Assembly: GCA_046563655.1 (NCBI GenBank)
Contig: CM102285.1
Location: 13,702,001-13,766,000 of the forward strand
DNA: 64,000 bases
Reading direction: 5' to 3'
From: Yuukianura sp. NJ FZ-2021
Lineage: Eukaryota
The position numbers and the translations under genes were made by a program. The number at the start of each line of letters is the position of its first letter. Position 1 is the first letter of the stretch. The notes under the pieces were generated by a model. The model was not told where the DNA came from, made no database searches, and worked only from the letters and a program-made list of their open reading frames with translations. Shown here piece after piece: positions 1-37,043 of the stretch.

Positions 1-2265
1 CGCAGTTTCAGACTTTTTTTCTCAAGAACTCTTTACTTGTGACTTTTTCCGAGAAACTTTCTACGTTTTTTGGATTTTGCAAAAGCATTTTTGTCTTTGA
101 TTTTTTAAAAAACGCTCTGTATTTTTGGTTTTTCGTTGCCAAATTGGTAGGGATTGAAAAGATGAGCTGTTTGTAAGGTGTGGAGAGCTGAGAGGTTAAG
201 AACGGATGGGTGAAGAGCGGGAATTGGCAGAAGATGAGGTGGATGGTGAAGTGAAGGAGAAGAAAGGAAGGATTTCCTATTGACAGGAATTAATTAGACT
301 TTTACTAATTTTGGCACGCTTCCCTGCCTCCTTCCTCTTCAGAAGTCAGATGCCAAAGGAATCTTCGAAAAAGTCAAGGAAAGCATCTCCACTTCCTCCT
401 ATCTCCCACTTCTTTCAATTCCTACACTTCTAGTGGACTAGAGCCACCAGATATATAAATACAAGCACATTCCCACATACACTAACTTTTACAAGTTACG
501 TTTTGTACAATGGTAACATACTAAAATTGGAGCAAGAGAAACTAACGGCTGCGGCGGACGTCCGTTCACGCTCTTAAACTTTCTCTTTTTCTGATTTCTT
601 TTCAATCGTGACCAATCTTTTGTTGGTAAGAAAAAAAAGTCAACGCCATGGGCTGTAGCACACCTCCAACTTCCGCTGATGTGACCTCTGACCTCTTCCT
701 GGAAATCAATTCAATTCTTAGTTCTACAAAAAAGTAGTAAAAAAAATTCACTTTGTCTTTTTTTTTAGAAAAGTTAGTAAAAAAGTAGAAACAGTTTAGT
801 AAAAAGAAAGTTAGGCGAATTTAACCAAACGGAAGATACAAATTTAGACTTTTGAAGTTTCAATTCTCGCAGCTTCCAGAAATTTCTCGCTCAATTTTCC
901 TACGAAAAATGCACTTTTTTTTTCGTTCATCTCAAAGAATGGCAGGGATGTTAAAATTTCGAAATTTTCGATCTATTCAATTTTTAGCTGCACATTCTTT
1001 ATCTGATGAGGACTCTGCAAAATTTTGGATAAAAAAAGTTTCTTCGTTCGAAGTTTCAAAATTTGGAGTTGATTGACATATTACTTGTAATATTTCTACT
1101 TTCTACTTCAAATTTTCCTATGCTTCGGTTTAAGAAGGAACCAAGTGAATAATGGCAGCCAAAAGATGATGAAAATTTTGAAAATTTTGAATTTAAATTT
1201 TTATTGAACCTCCAAAAAGCGGAAGGAATAGTGGAGAGAGGGGAGGAAGTAATAAATGGGAAGCTAATGATACGTTCAGGAATGAAAATAGCTCAAGCTA
1301 CTCGATATCACAACGTCCTTGTCGATTTTTATAACAAAAAATTCTCTACATGAAATTTCTTTTAAAAAAGTTCGCTTTTCCCTCTCCCTCTAAATTTTGA
1401 AAAAGTTTTGGAACAACAAAGATGGAGGAATCATGTTTTGCCTTAGTAGATTCACATGATCAAGGAAAAACGTGGATACTCGACAAGAATCAACTTTCAC
1501 CTTCCTTTCACCGCCTTCCTTTTTACAACCATTTTACATTTTCCTCTACACACTTCCACGTACTTCCTCTTTTACAATTTTCCCGCACTTTCCAAACATA
1601 GTTTTCTCCAAAGTCCTTCCTGAGTGTACTACAAAAGGAAGTGTACTACAACCTAAACCATGGTATATTTTTACAACTTTTTAACATCCGCCCAAACACC
1701 TTCACACTTTCACGATTTCTTCCAATTCCTCCAAAATTCCTAATAAAAACTTTTACTCAAAAAACTAAGCATTTTGACCACTGTTCTATGATTTTTTTTC
1801 CGTTTGTGCACTCGCATATTCAACAGAATTCGAGTTTTCAGTTTTCGGCATTTTATTTTTATTTTATTTTTTTATACTTTCTTTTGTGTTACTTTCACTT
1901 TGTTGTTTTTCAGATGATGTTCCATTAATTTTAGTTGTGCTTTTGAGTAGCTTGTTTGATGAGTGTTTGGTGAATCCAGTTTGAGCTGGTTTTGAATTGA
2001 AGGTTAATAGCATTTCGGACTTTGGATGTAACAAATAGTCATAGTTTTCCTTTGAATCAAATCCACTTATAATGACTGTATCGTGACCAAATTAACATTG
2101 AAGATGAGAAGATACTAACCTTCAAACGTTAGTTTTTATCGTGTTAGGAGTGACATGAGAGACGTTTGTTTTGCAACCTTTTTGATAAGTCGTTTTGAAA
2201 TGGCAACATGCAAATAGTGAAGCATTTGCGTAGTGTCTGGGGTCAATTCTGTCTCTGCGAATTCT

Positions 2266-2300
2266 TATAAACCAGTTTCAGTAATATCAGTGGTTTCAGT
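2266..2300 (+). promoter_or_regulatory. TATA box + initiator core promoter of the 2OG dioxygenase gene
   Basis: TATAAA at 2266-2271 and arthropod-type Inr TCAGT at 2296-2300 (A at 2298, 32 nt from the TATA start), just upstream of ATG 2311. Confidence 0.55.
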
Positions 2301-2310
2301 AACTTTTAAA

Positions 2311-3588
2311 ATGCCAAGCAAAGTGGAAATACCAATTTTGGACTGTTCGGAAATCGAAGGCGATTTGGAACAAATTCAAGATTCTGAACAATTCAAAAAA
2401 TTTGCACAAAAGTTGGGAGATGGATTCCGCCATGTTGGATTCGTTTATCTGATCAACCATGAAACAACGCCGCAAATTGTAAGCAAACATCATGGATTCA
2501 AAAGATTTTTCGACATTTTGAAACTGTAACTTTCACTTTCAAAGCTTCACTTAAAATGTTTAGCTTGCAAAGATGGATGAGAAGTCCAAGGAATTTTTTT
2601 CACTTCCGAATGACATCAAAATGAAGTACAGTAAAGTGGATGCTGTTGAAAATTTTCAAGGTTACACTGCACCAGGAGATGAGCGGTACGAAGAATTTCA
2701 AAATTCCAAATTTTTTTTGAAGTTTTTTGAAAATTTCTGTTTTCTAACAGCCTGGCCGAAGTTGCTAAAGCTGCGACTGGAGTAGCTCCGCCAGAACTGA
2801 AGGAAGCTTATGATTTTTGGGGTTACGAGATGAATGACGAGTCTGCTTACCCCGCAGAAGTTCCTGGATTCAAGCAAGCCGTGGATGAACTTCGGTCATC
2901 CATGACAAATTTGACCAAAAAAATTTTGCGTTGCTTTGCTGAATACTTGGAACTGGAAGACAAAAACTATTTTATCAAAAAACATCTTGCACTTGACGAC
3001 TTCTCGATTCGAACCCACAATGACGTAAGATACAACCACTACTTCTCTATTGACACGCCGAATGGACAAGGTCAAGGTCAAGATGAGGTCAATGGTGACC
3101 CCGAGGAGGTCATACGACTTGGAGAACACTGTGACTGGGGCACTTTTACTTACTTGTTTCAAGATGAAGTAGGAGGATTAGAGGCCAAAATGGCCGATGG
3201 ACAGTGGGTGCCGGTCAAACCCATTCCAGACTCGATTGTATTCAACGCTGGACTTATGTTAGAAATGTGGTCGGGTGGACATCTACCTGCTACGGTAGCT
3301 CAAAATTTCTCTCAAAATTTTCAAAATTTGATGATTTCCTTTTCCAAAATTCCTATATGTTTTCGATTTTTCATATTTTCTTAGTTCCATCGTGTAAAGG
3401 CAATTGGAAAACAGCAGAAACAAAAATCTCGTCGGAGTATCGGATTTTTCATTCAACCGGACGGTACAACACACTGTGAACCAGTAGTACCGTTGAAACC
3501 AAATTGGGTTCCGGATATTCCATTTCAACCAACTGAAATCCACTTCGATTACTTCCGAAATCGAGTTAAACAATCACGACACTACTAA
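2311..3588 (+). CDS. 2-oxoglutarate/Fe(II)-dependent dioxygenase (DIOX_N + 2OG-FeII_Oxy, IPNS-like fold), 4 exons
   Basis: Exons 2311-2478, 2564-2685, 2751-3294 and 3385-3588 join in frame across GT-AG introns. Motifs: IPILD, GFVYLINH, ELKEAYD, HCDWGTFT (HxD), distal His FHRV and RRS (RxS). Confidence 0.92.
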
Positions 3589-6500
3589 AAGTAATCAACT
3601 ATCCGATTACTCTTGGATTACTGCGAACGAACTTCCATGTTTGCGCAAAAATTGTTTTTAAAACGTAGTAGAATTAATAAATTTTTAGTCCGAAATTGTG
3701 CTTAAAAAATCCGACCGTCAAATTTTCAGTTTGAAACGTTTTTGAAAAAACCGTCTAAATAAAATTTGTTCATGCTTGGCTGTATTGTTTAAAAAAACGT
3801 TATTCCTGACTTTCTCCAGCATGAATGTGGTGAAAATGGTTCAAAAATACTTTGGTAGAATATTTTAAGAAAATAGGGGGAGAAAAAAGGAAGAGATGAC
3901 TGTGAAAGCTACTTATTTCAAATATATTCCAATTTCCCGCCAAAAAAAGAGTGAAAGTCTTTCTCCTTTTCCTTGGAGTGTCATCCTCCCAACGTCTGCT
4001 GCTGCTCTTCTTCCTTTTCCTTCTGATTATGATTGAAGTTGCTTCAGTCTTTTTTACTATTATTAGCAAGGGAGCTCTTTTCTCTCCCACAAAAGAAAAC
4101 GTAATCCCCTCCGTTCTAAATCCCACCCGAACTGCATAAGCTCCCACGGCAAAAAAGAAATTAAAGTCAGATTCCTCCTGGAAAACGAACATCTTCAGAA
4201 TTTTCAAAATCTTGAGCAGAGGTATTCTTGAAGATTAAGCTGAATCTTGTGCTGCTGCGGTATAAAGCTTCAATAAATGCACGTTTTTTCTTCTTTTCCC
4301 GCCGCTTTGCACTTCAGAGAACCTCAAAATCGGTGGTGCTGGTTCCTCAGTTACTCTAATTTATGCCCTCCCCCTCCCCCTCTGTTCGTTTTCTTGCCAA
4401 AGTCTTACCCCCCCCCTACCTTGCGTTAGGAGCTAAGATGGGGGGGGGTTGCGGGAGGAGGGGGGGGGGGTTGAGGAAAGTTATGAGGCTGTCCCAGTAG
4501 TGCTTAGCTTTGCTGCTGCTGCTGCCGATGATAGTTTTGGCTCCCTTACTTTCTTTTGCTGCGAAGAAAGGCTGACGACGGGAACAGGAAAAAGAAAATT
4601 ATTCCGCATGCAAATCCGATTCACTTTTTTCCATATGGGTACAAATACAGCGGTGGCATGTTCACTTCAACCATTTTTTTTTGGAAAAATTGAATCAGAA
4701 TTGTAAAAATTTTTGAAATCTGAGATACACACCACTTACAGTTGCTGGATTGAACGAAAATATTTTTAGTTCCAAAATTTGAGTGGGATGTTTTGAAATT
4801 TGAGTTTTCTAAAAGCGTTTAGATGTTCCGTGCTTTCTCTACTCAGCAGATAAAAGCTGCAACGGAGATTCTGCTTGGAAGATAAGAGCCGAAGGGAGTA
4901 AGGACGACGAGTTGTCTAATGGGAGATGGTTGATTCTGATGTTGGTGGGTCCGGGTGGGTGTGGGTTCAAGTGGGTTTTTGGTGGGACCAAGGATAAAGA
5001 TAAATGATGGAGGAGTTCTTTAGTTGAGAACTGAGAAGAATGGAGATGGGGATCAAGAGTTCGTAGGAGGGACCCATTTCACCATTTCCTGTTTTTATTT
5101 CCCACTGAAATGGGCCTAAACGCCACCATCTTCTACGAAATATGGATCCACCAAAACCATCCCCCGCCACCAAAACGCTCCGCCAAAAGAGAGCCACCGA
5201 AGGAGAAAAGAGTGCCGCCAGGCTGAGCCATTTTTAATGTTGAGCTTTTCCAAAAAAAATGTTCATATTTTTAAAGTAAAGTAAGAAAAACGCTTCCAAA
5301 GTTGCATCAAAAGGGTTTTTATGCCAAACTTTGAGAGTTGCGTTTCTTTTAATTTCAAATTTACAAAAACTGTTTTTGCAAAAAGTTTTCCATTTCAAAA
5401 CAAAGTTTCCTGGAGGGAGGATGGAATGGCGGCATCAAATCCGGAGAAACGCGCTAAAAAAGAGAAAGTCCGCCAGGATTTAAATCCGCTCGTTCCTCAT
5501 CTCCAACCAAGTGGATTTTATGGATTTCTCTATTGTGTTTTCCTCTCTTACACTTATACACTGTCTGTTTAGTCCAACATTAAGAAATAACAAAAGAGAA
5601 ACTGAGAAACTACAAAGTTGTTGTTCAAATATTTGAACACAATTCTCAAAAAAGTTAAAAAATTCTTAGAAAAAAAATCTTTCTTTCAAAAAATTCAAAA
5701 TCCGTTTTCACTCTGTGAACTTTCACCGAGTGCTTTTGGACCAAAATAAAACTAAAATTCCGAAAATTGACAAAGTCCAAATTGAAATTTTGTAACTTGA
5801 AATTAGAGGTTTTTTCCTTTCTTTTTGAAGGTTTCTCTTGTTAGTTTCTTAGAAATCCAACATTCACTTATAACTACAAGCGTGTGCAGATTTTCTGTTG
5901 CTTTCTGTGCCTAGAGGCAGATTAGCCTTCACCATTCATTCACTCCTGCGAACTCTATTACTTTCATCGACCATTCAGAAAGTACTTACACAACTTTCAC
6001 TTTAATCAGACTTGTAATTCCCGCCTTGCTCCATTGTTTTCTCCTCTCTAACCTCTCACAGCTTTACGAAATAACTACTGAACGTCTACATCCATTTTGT
6101 GGAGGTTCCATTTTAATAGTCCAGAGGCCAAGAGACAAAGTCTCCAAGGAAAATCCATTTCTGGAATTCAAATTGGCAACTCTCTCTGCATCTTCAATCT
6201 CCTCAAGTCATCTTCAATTATAATTTGTATACAAAATTCAGTTCTTGGCAACGACAACGACAACGTTCAGAAATTGTAAATGAACTTCTTAGATTTCTGA
6301 TCTAATTTTATTCCTTTTTAACAAAAAATGCAAAAAAGAGAAGCACAACGAAGGGTGAAGGGAAGAAGCAGAAGCGGGGGAAAACTAAAGTGAAATTTTT
6401 GCATAACTTGCTTTCACCACAAATTGAATTATGTCGACCCACTTTCTTTCAATCCACTTTCCGCTGGAGACCCACCTCCCCCACCGGCTCCACCAATTCG

Positions 6501-7021
6501 GTGGGGCGCTCGTGTTTGAGTAGGAGAAAGTTGGGTGGGACGTGGGGGAGGGGAGTAAGCCAAAGTATTTTTAAAATTGAAAATGAAATCCTCTTCGCAT
6601 TTTTGGAAACCTTCAAAATGTTATTCAAAACGGGAAGAACATTTCTCAATTTGTTTTTGTGCAGGAAACTAACAATTTTGAAAACAGGAAAAAACTTTCT
6701 CTTTTTCTTTCAAAGTCGGCAGTTTGTCAATGAAATATAAAACTACATTTTTGAAAGGAAAAAAGAAATCCGAGGTCTGTTTATGGAAAACATTTACATA
6801 AATGGTCAGTTTTGGACTAGAAATTTTTCTTTTTGGAAAGTGTAATAAATATAAGTGAGAAGGACTTTCAGCAGAGTCGTAACACGGAGTTATTGGGTCA
6901 TTGAGGTCATGAAATGACCACAAAATGGCACACGGACTTTCTTGCCAACAAGCTGCTGCCTCGACATCCCCCTCCTCTGTACTTTGACTCATAACTTTCA
7001 CTTTTTTCACTTTTTGTGCAG

Positions 7022-30564
<23,543 letters not shown>

Positions 30565-31132
30565 AAATCACTCACAGGGAGAAAGTAACGTTAAATTTGA
30601 TGGAGGGAAAAATGTGTGCTGCTTTTGAAACAGAACAGAGTCAATGACTTGTCAAAAGTACCGAGGATTGCCAACTCATCGTCATCATCATCTGGAGCCA
30701 TGTGGAAACACAATGACTCTGACATGGACACGTCCACGCCCTAACATGCTATCCTTCCCACTAAAACTATAAAATCTCAATGTACAACAATTCATACCAA
30801 AAAAGTACTATTGAGTTGATCATATCCTACCGAATGTTTGCTTTTACAGATGAAAAATGAAAGTTACTTATGCATCAACCTCGAAAAGTTCAACTTCAAC
30901 TGGTTTCTGACGATTTTCAACTGATTTGTGGCGATTTTCAATTGATTTACAAAAATCTATTATTTTTCTCATCGGTCAGTTTTAAAAAGTCTTGAGCGAT
31001 TTGCGAATCTAAGAGTTAACAGTATGGAAGGATTAAGCGGTTTTGTGCGAACTAATTGACTAAATTGTGAATTTCACACTTTCACAAAACAATTTCACAC
31101 TTTGGGCACACAAGATTTAAAGTCAAGTTTCA

Positions 31133-34100
31133 CTAACTAAAAAAGTAGATTGATTTTAGGACACTTTGGAGGTCAAAAGTTCCTTTCTTCGGAACAGCTA
31201 CGAGTGTTCGGTTGAGTTGATTCTTCGTTAGGTCAATCACTGATCCATCTCTGGCCAAATCGCTGAAAAGTTAAAAGTCCACGTTAGAAAAGCTTTTTAG
31301 ATCGAATGCGAACTTTTGTTTTGTGTTTGAAAAGTTTAGTAATATTTCATACCTTTTGCTGTAGCCATACTTCTGGACAAGAAACGTCGACAAGTCTTCT
31401 AGAATCGGTTGAGAGTGAAGTGCTACGAATTGTTCACGACAAATTCTGTTCATTTGTTCAACAGTCTGCGGATGTGTCCAAAAACAGTCATGGACAGACA
31501 CAAAGGTCAACTTTTCACGTTCACAATGTAGAGAAGTGAGCATCATGTGGGTGGAGTCAAGGGAGTGAATGTAGTTTGGTGGAAACGCGTTTTTCTGTTT
31601 CATCACATTTGGACGCCTGAAAACAAAACCGGAAACTTAAAACGTGATTCAAAATTCGGAGGTTTAGTTTTAAAAATATGTCAAAACGTTGAAAACTGAA
31701 ACATTACGTACTCGAACATGTCAAAGTAGTTGCCCCATTCTCTTAGTTTCAAAGAATCGCGACTTTCAAACGTTTTCTTCAACTGACGAAAGTAGGGCTG
31801 GACAATTGGCAGACCCAACGGCGTTACCCACTCCATATTTTGACCACAGACGTTAGAAACCAGTCTCGCACTTTCCGTAAACCAAGCCTAAAAACATTCA
31901 AATTCAAAAACTCATTTTTCGAAATTTTGAAATTTTTCAAATTTGAATCGCAACCTGAATCTCTTTTGTTGAAGTGAACATTTCGTTGAGACTGTCAAAC
32001 GTTTTGCCAACGAGGTACAGCGAAGCAGGCCAGAGATGCTCTTTTGGAAATGCAGGGATGTCTAACAAAATTGAAACAAAAAATTGCAAAAACAGCTCAT
32101 ATCTTTTTCAAAATTTTGAGCTTGTTTTTTTTTTCAAACATTATATCAATCACCTTTCAATTGCTTTGCAATTTGAAGCCGAGCACCATAACGTGTGACT
32201 CCATAAACAGTAGTCATGACTGTTTGCTTGATGACTTTCCGTTTGATGAATCCTTCCAGTACTTGAGCCACCAAGACTCCATTTTCAGCATCCTTTTTTC
32301 TAAGTTTCTCAACAAGGTTTGCCACTGCCGTGTACACATCTTGTGGAAGTTCGGACGGCGCAAGATTGACACTCTCGGCTCCAATTTGGTCCCGTCCAAG
32401 CGCAGCATAATGCTGGAGTCCATTACAAGATCCATCTTGATGAATAGGGAAATGAGAAATGTAGGATTCCGGATCGCCACTTTCAATTGCATTGGCAATT
32501 TCCATGCAACAGGCTAACGTTTGCCATGGCTCATCAGATTTGGCCCACCACCGCTTTCCCTATAAGGATAGCAAATCTCATTTCCAATTTTCGATTTAAG
32601 TTTCAGCTTTTCAGTTTCTAAATTTCGTGCTTACTGTCAAAGGTTTTGTCGCGGAATCCATGATGTCAGGCAAATGATTATTTGCATAGTTCAGTCGTTC
32701 CGCAACTGAGTCTTTTTTCTTGAGGCCAGTCAGATTTACAGCGTGAATCTGCAAGACAAGACTTTTGCTACAAACGGAATTCAATTTAAGCACTAATTTA
32801 AACATTAATCGATTAATCATCATAAACTTACCTTCAACCAATCAAGGCCTTCCGGTCCAAGAGGCTTGCCCAATCCGAAAACTAGAATTGAGCGAGCCAA
32901 ATCCGATCCAAGATGATTCAAATGCGGAGGACATGGATACACACGGCCACGGAAATCCATGTTATGCGGAAACCAGAAAATTTCGTCTCGGTACTACAAA
33001 ATTCAAACATCAAACAAAAGCAAACTTAAACTTTGAAATTTTCCAAAAAATCTGACAATCTGTATTCTGAATTTCTTTTTTGGAAGAAGTAATCAAGTTA
33101 CGTGATTGGCTAAAGAAAGCTTGTACAGGGCGTCACACCAGAGAGAGTACATCTCAGCCTTCTTTCGTTTGAGAATCAATCGTGACTTGTAGATTTTCAC
33201 TTTCTGTTCCTTCGTCATCGTAGCTTCAATTGGAGTAGGAATTGGACATTCAGAAACAGGCGGAGGCACACCAGTAGAATCATCGCCTTTGTCATTAAAT
33301 ACTTTGATTATGACGTCCAGCACTGGTTTGTTGATTCTCCATGGGACACTGCCTAGTTGATTGAGGCTGTCCAGGGAAGGATACAAGTCTTGTGGTGGAC
33401 ACTGTTCCAGACGGAGTCGCTGCTGATGAGCTTGAAATGGCAGTCGAATGATCTTGGCTGCAGACAGGAGATATCCTCCGGTACGAATTGAGGCCCATGG
33501 CATTGGAGGAGAAATCATAGGGACTAAATTGCAGTCGAATGTCAATTCATCTCGAGCAGCAGCTAGAACAAGTTTGACTAGAGCAGGATGGGGTTTGATT
33601 TCTTCTTTGAGCTGAACTCCTTGCAGACGAAATATACTGTAAAATGCTGGAACCATTTGCCTGTTTAGTGACAAAAAAAAGTTAGCAAAATGCGAAATAA
33701 AGTTACCAAACTTAAAAAAAAACGTTTTTTTAAAGTATACTTTTGTTTGCTTTTAGTTTTCAACTTACTCAGATTTTACTTTTGAATTCAATTTCATCAC
33801 TTGTGCATTGATTTTGATGTCTCGCATGATGATTCCGTAGAGAAAACGTCCAATGCTGCAGAGTACGCTGTTCGGCCATGTTTTTTCAGCAATGTCCTTC
33901 AAAAAGGGAGTGTATTTCAAAATTATAAATTCAAATCTCTGAAACTTTTTAAAAATTGGAAAATTTTGAATCAACAACGGATTCTTACCACAGTAGGGCC
34001 AACGGTATTCGGATCGTACAGCAGCGACTGCCACTTTTCTCTTGCGTTGAGAATCGGACGACTATTGTTGTCAGTTTTCTTTTCTGGATGAAGGTACCAC

Positions 34101-36407
34101 TGGAGATAATCTTGGTAATGCTGATCCACTTTGTCCAGAATTCCATTTTCCCGCTTAAAAATGACTTCGTACCGAGACAGCACTCGAGTTCCAAGTTCTC
34201 TGTGGAGTTGAATTATACTTGGACTGTACGTCTCTGAACCTTCAGCCAACTTTCGGATTTCCTGAAACAAAACCTTTAGTGAATTTTAGACTTGAAATTA
34301 TGCACTTTTCAAAACAAAAACACCAGTAAAAATTGTGAAATGCTTGGCCCTTACCTGAGTAATAATCTTAACAATGTCGGCTGGACAAACGACCTTGAGA
34401 AACGGATGGAGACTGATTGCTCGCTGATTTTTCATTCGAGCACTCTGTTGCATCAGGGCATTCATGTTTCTGCGAAACGCTTCTTCAATGCTTCTAGCCC
34501 ATTCTTTTTCAGTTTCTTCCAAAACTGCTCGCTAAAGCACAAAAAAAAATCATAAAAAACGAGTTATTAATTTCGAGAAATATCTTCAAAGAACACGTTG
34601 ATTGAATCTAAATCCTTACGAAGTGATTCTGAGAGTTGTCTTCAGACTTTTTCAGAATTGATTTGACTGTGATTGTACCATGAAGCTCGATGTTCAACTG
34701 CTGCTTTCCAAGTTCCAATAGTCGATCCGAACTTATTAAATTAGCTGCTGGTGAGACAATCTAAAGCAAGTGTTTGAAAATGTTAAACCGATGGGAAACA
34801 CTCGATGAAACTAATTAAAAATTGACTTACACTCTGATTTGGTGATGTTTTGTTCAAATGGTGTAAAAGCGGTGAAACGTAGCCATGGAATGGAGGCTGA
34901 ATCTTTGGCACAAAATCAGGCTCAACTCGACGAATCGCTTCAAGCACCTTTTCGCGCTGATCACCTTCATAAACGCAGCAATTGAACAAATCGTCCAGTG
35001 TGAATTTCTAAAAACAACAGACAACTTGAAGTGTTAATTGATTGAACAAATTATAAATTTGTGATTTAGTGTGTAAATTGCTTTGTACTTACATTTACAG
35101 CTATGGAGTTAATCGTTTCCTGGATTTTCTTCAAGTTAAGTTGATTATTGGTCATTCTTCCCAAGCATTCAAGGATAGCAGCGTACGACTGAGCCGTGGG
35201 AACCAGTCCATCGTCAAGAATTGACTGAAAAACTTCTCGAACTTTGGCATGATTACCCTGTCGAAACAAAAAGAATTAGTTTAGGACCTAAACTTTAGCA
35301 TCGACATTGCTCTTTTCATAAGTTTCGTCATAATAAGCTTACCTTGGCTGCAAATCCATGGAGCAAAAGATTGAAAATGGAAATATTGGTGACTCTTGGA
35401 AATTGTTTGTTGGCACTCCTTGTTCTGTAGTAATTGAGAGAGTTGAGAGCCTTGTTCAGTTGACCACTGGAAACACACATCTCCAGATACGCCAACAAAC
35501 TCTTGTTGAGACTCGCTTCTCTTCCGGACTTCTCCAGCTCTGCCCGTTTAATCTTCGCAGCCATTTCTCGTTCTTCTTGTTTGAGAGGTCGCGGAGCGCT
35601 GCTGGATTCTTTTCGTTTCTTTTTCTCATACTTTTTCTTAGAAGGAGTAACGATGGATTCGGAAGGTTGTAAATGAAGGGAGTCTACTATAGGAGCTGCA
35701 CTAGATTCTTCCAGTGGAAAGTCTTGTGCCAGGAATTCGTCTAGTTCGGTGTCGATCAAGTCTTTTTCACCGGGCATAGGAGCTAGGGCACTTGCAGCAC
35801 CACTGCATCTTATGAATGTCTGTTCTCCGACATCTTCGGGATGAAGACCTTGTAAAAGCTCAGGATCTTCCTCCAACAGGAATTCTGTATCAAAACCTTT
35901 TCCTCCTTCGTAATCGATTGAGCTGATCTGACTGGGTGCAAGTGTGGATTTCAGTCTACGACCACCGGTAACCAACGACTTATTTACATCACCTGGAAAA
36001 AGAAAGTGAAAAGAAACGCTTATTACTTTTAAAACAAAAAATTCTTTCACGAAAACCAGATTTTTCTTGTCTTTAGCCTTTTGCCTCACATTTTTGCCAG
36101 CAACAACACCTAAGATCTGGTAAGGATTGGCCGACACCGTTGTCTTCACTTGTGATTCTAGAAGATAGATACGTACGTCTAGGCGGAATTCTAGTAACTG
36201 TAAAAAAACATTTCAAATTAATTGACAATTTAATTAAGTAACTACAATTTAATTTAGGCATTTCATAACAAAGGCATAGCCAAGTAAAAGTCTCTTTCCG
36301 TCTTCCGTCTCCGTGGCCATCCCTTATTTTTTTTATCCGTATTACCACTTACATGGCAGTTGGACTCTTGAGTTCCGAAGTGTCATGGACACACGGGAGA
36401 GTGCCAT
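31133..36407 (-). CDS. POLRMT: Mitochondrial DNA-directed RNA polymerase (T7-like single subunit), multi-exon
   Basis: Motif [19 protein letters not shown], motif [39 protein letters not shown], motif C VHDCFW, C-terminal IYFFS*. PPR-like N-terminal region and Arg/Ser-rich presequence [15 protein letters not shown]. Confidence 0.96.
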
Positions 36408-37043
36408 AATTCCCAGAATGGATCACATTTAATTAGTCAAGTTAATTACGATTACCCAAAACTTAGGAATTAAAAACAAAACAAAGCAAAGCCGAGCGCC
36501 TGAAATTATTTAGTATTTTTATTTAGTTCCAGTTTCAGTTATCTCCACTTCCCACCACCACCATAATTGCAGTGACGCGCAAATACAGAAGATTTTTAGT
36601 TGTTTTTAATTCGTTTAAGTTTGAAAACCAAACAATATAAAGTCAATTATGCTAATATTAACAGCAATTACGCTGCAACATTTATGTTATAAAAATACTT
36701 AATTAGTTTAGTTAACTTATTTTATTAATGTTTAGTTGTCTTCTTATGATGTCCAGACATGAATGATGCCTTGGGGCAATATGAGAAACCGCTAGACCAA
36801 CTGCACATGTGCTTTAAATTCAAAGAAATTTAAACTTCGCGCCATTTTGTCATAAAACCATTTGTTATTGGTTTGACTTCACCGTTATTCCAGGAGCACT
36901 CCTACCCCTCCCTCCCCTCGTAAATCCAAATATTTACGTTGTGATAACATTTTTAAATTAGTTAAAATTTCCCGTTAGGGCGTTTCCTACGTTATATTTA
37001 GATTTATCGTTCCTATTTTCTCTCTTCTGACAGGGTTATAAAA

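Noticed and set aside
4368..4470. C-run and G-run tracts (also 22262-22322) as functional G-quadruplexes
   Set aside because: Only homopolymer runs, with no supporting context
31133..36407. T7-like RNA polymerase as a phage or viral insertion
   Set aside because: Many spliceosomal introns, a PPR-like region and a presequence identify it as nuclear-encoded POLRMT
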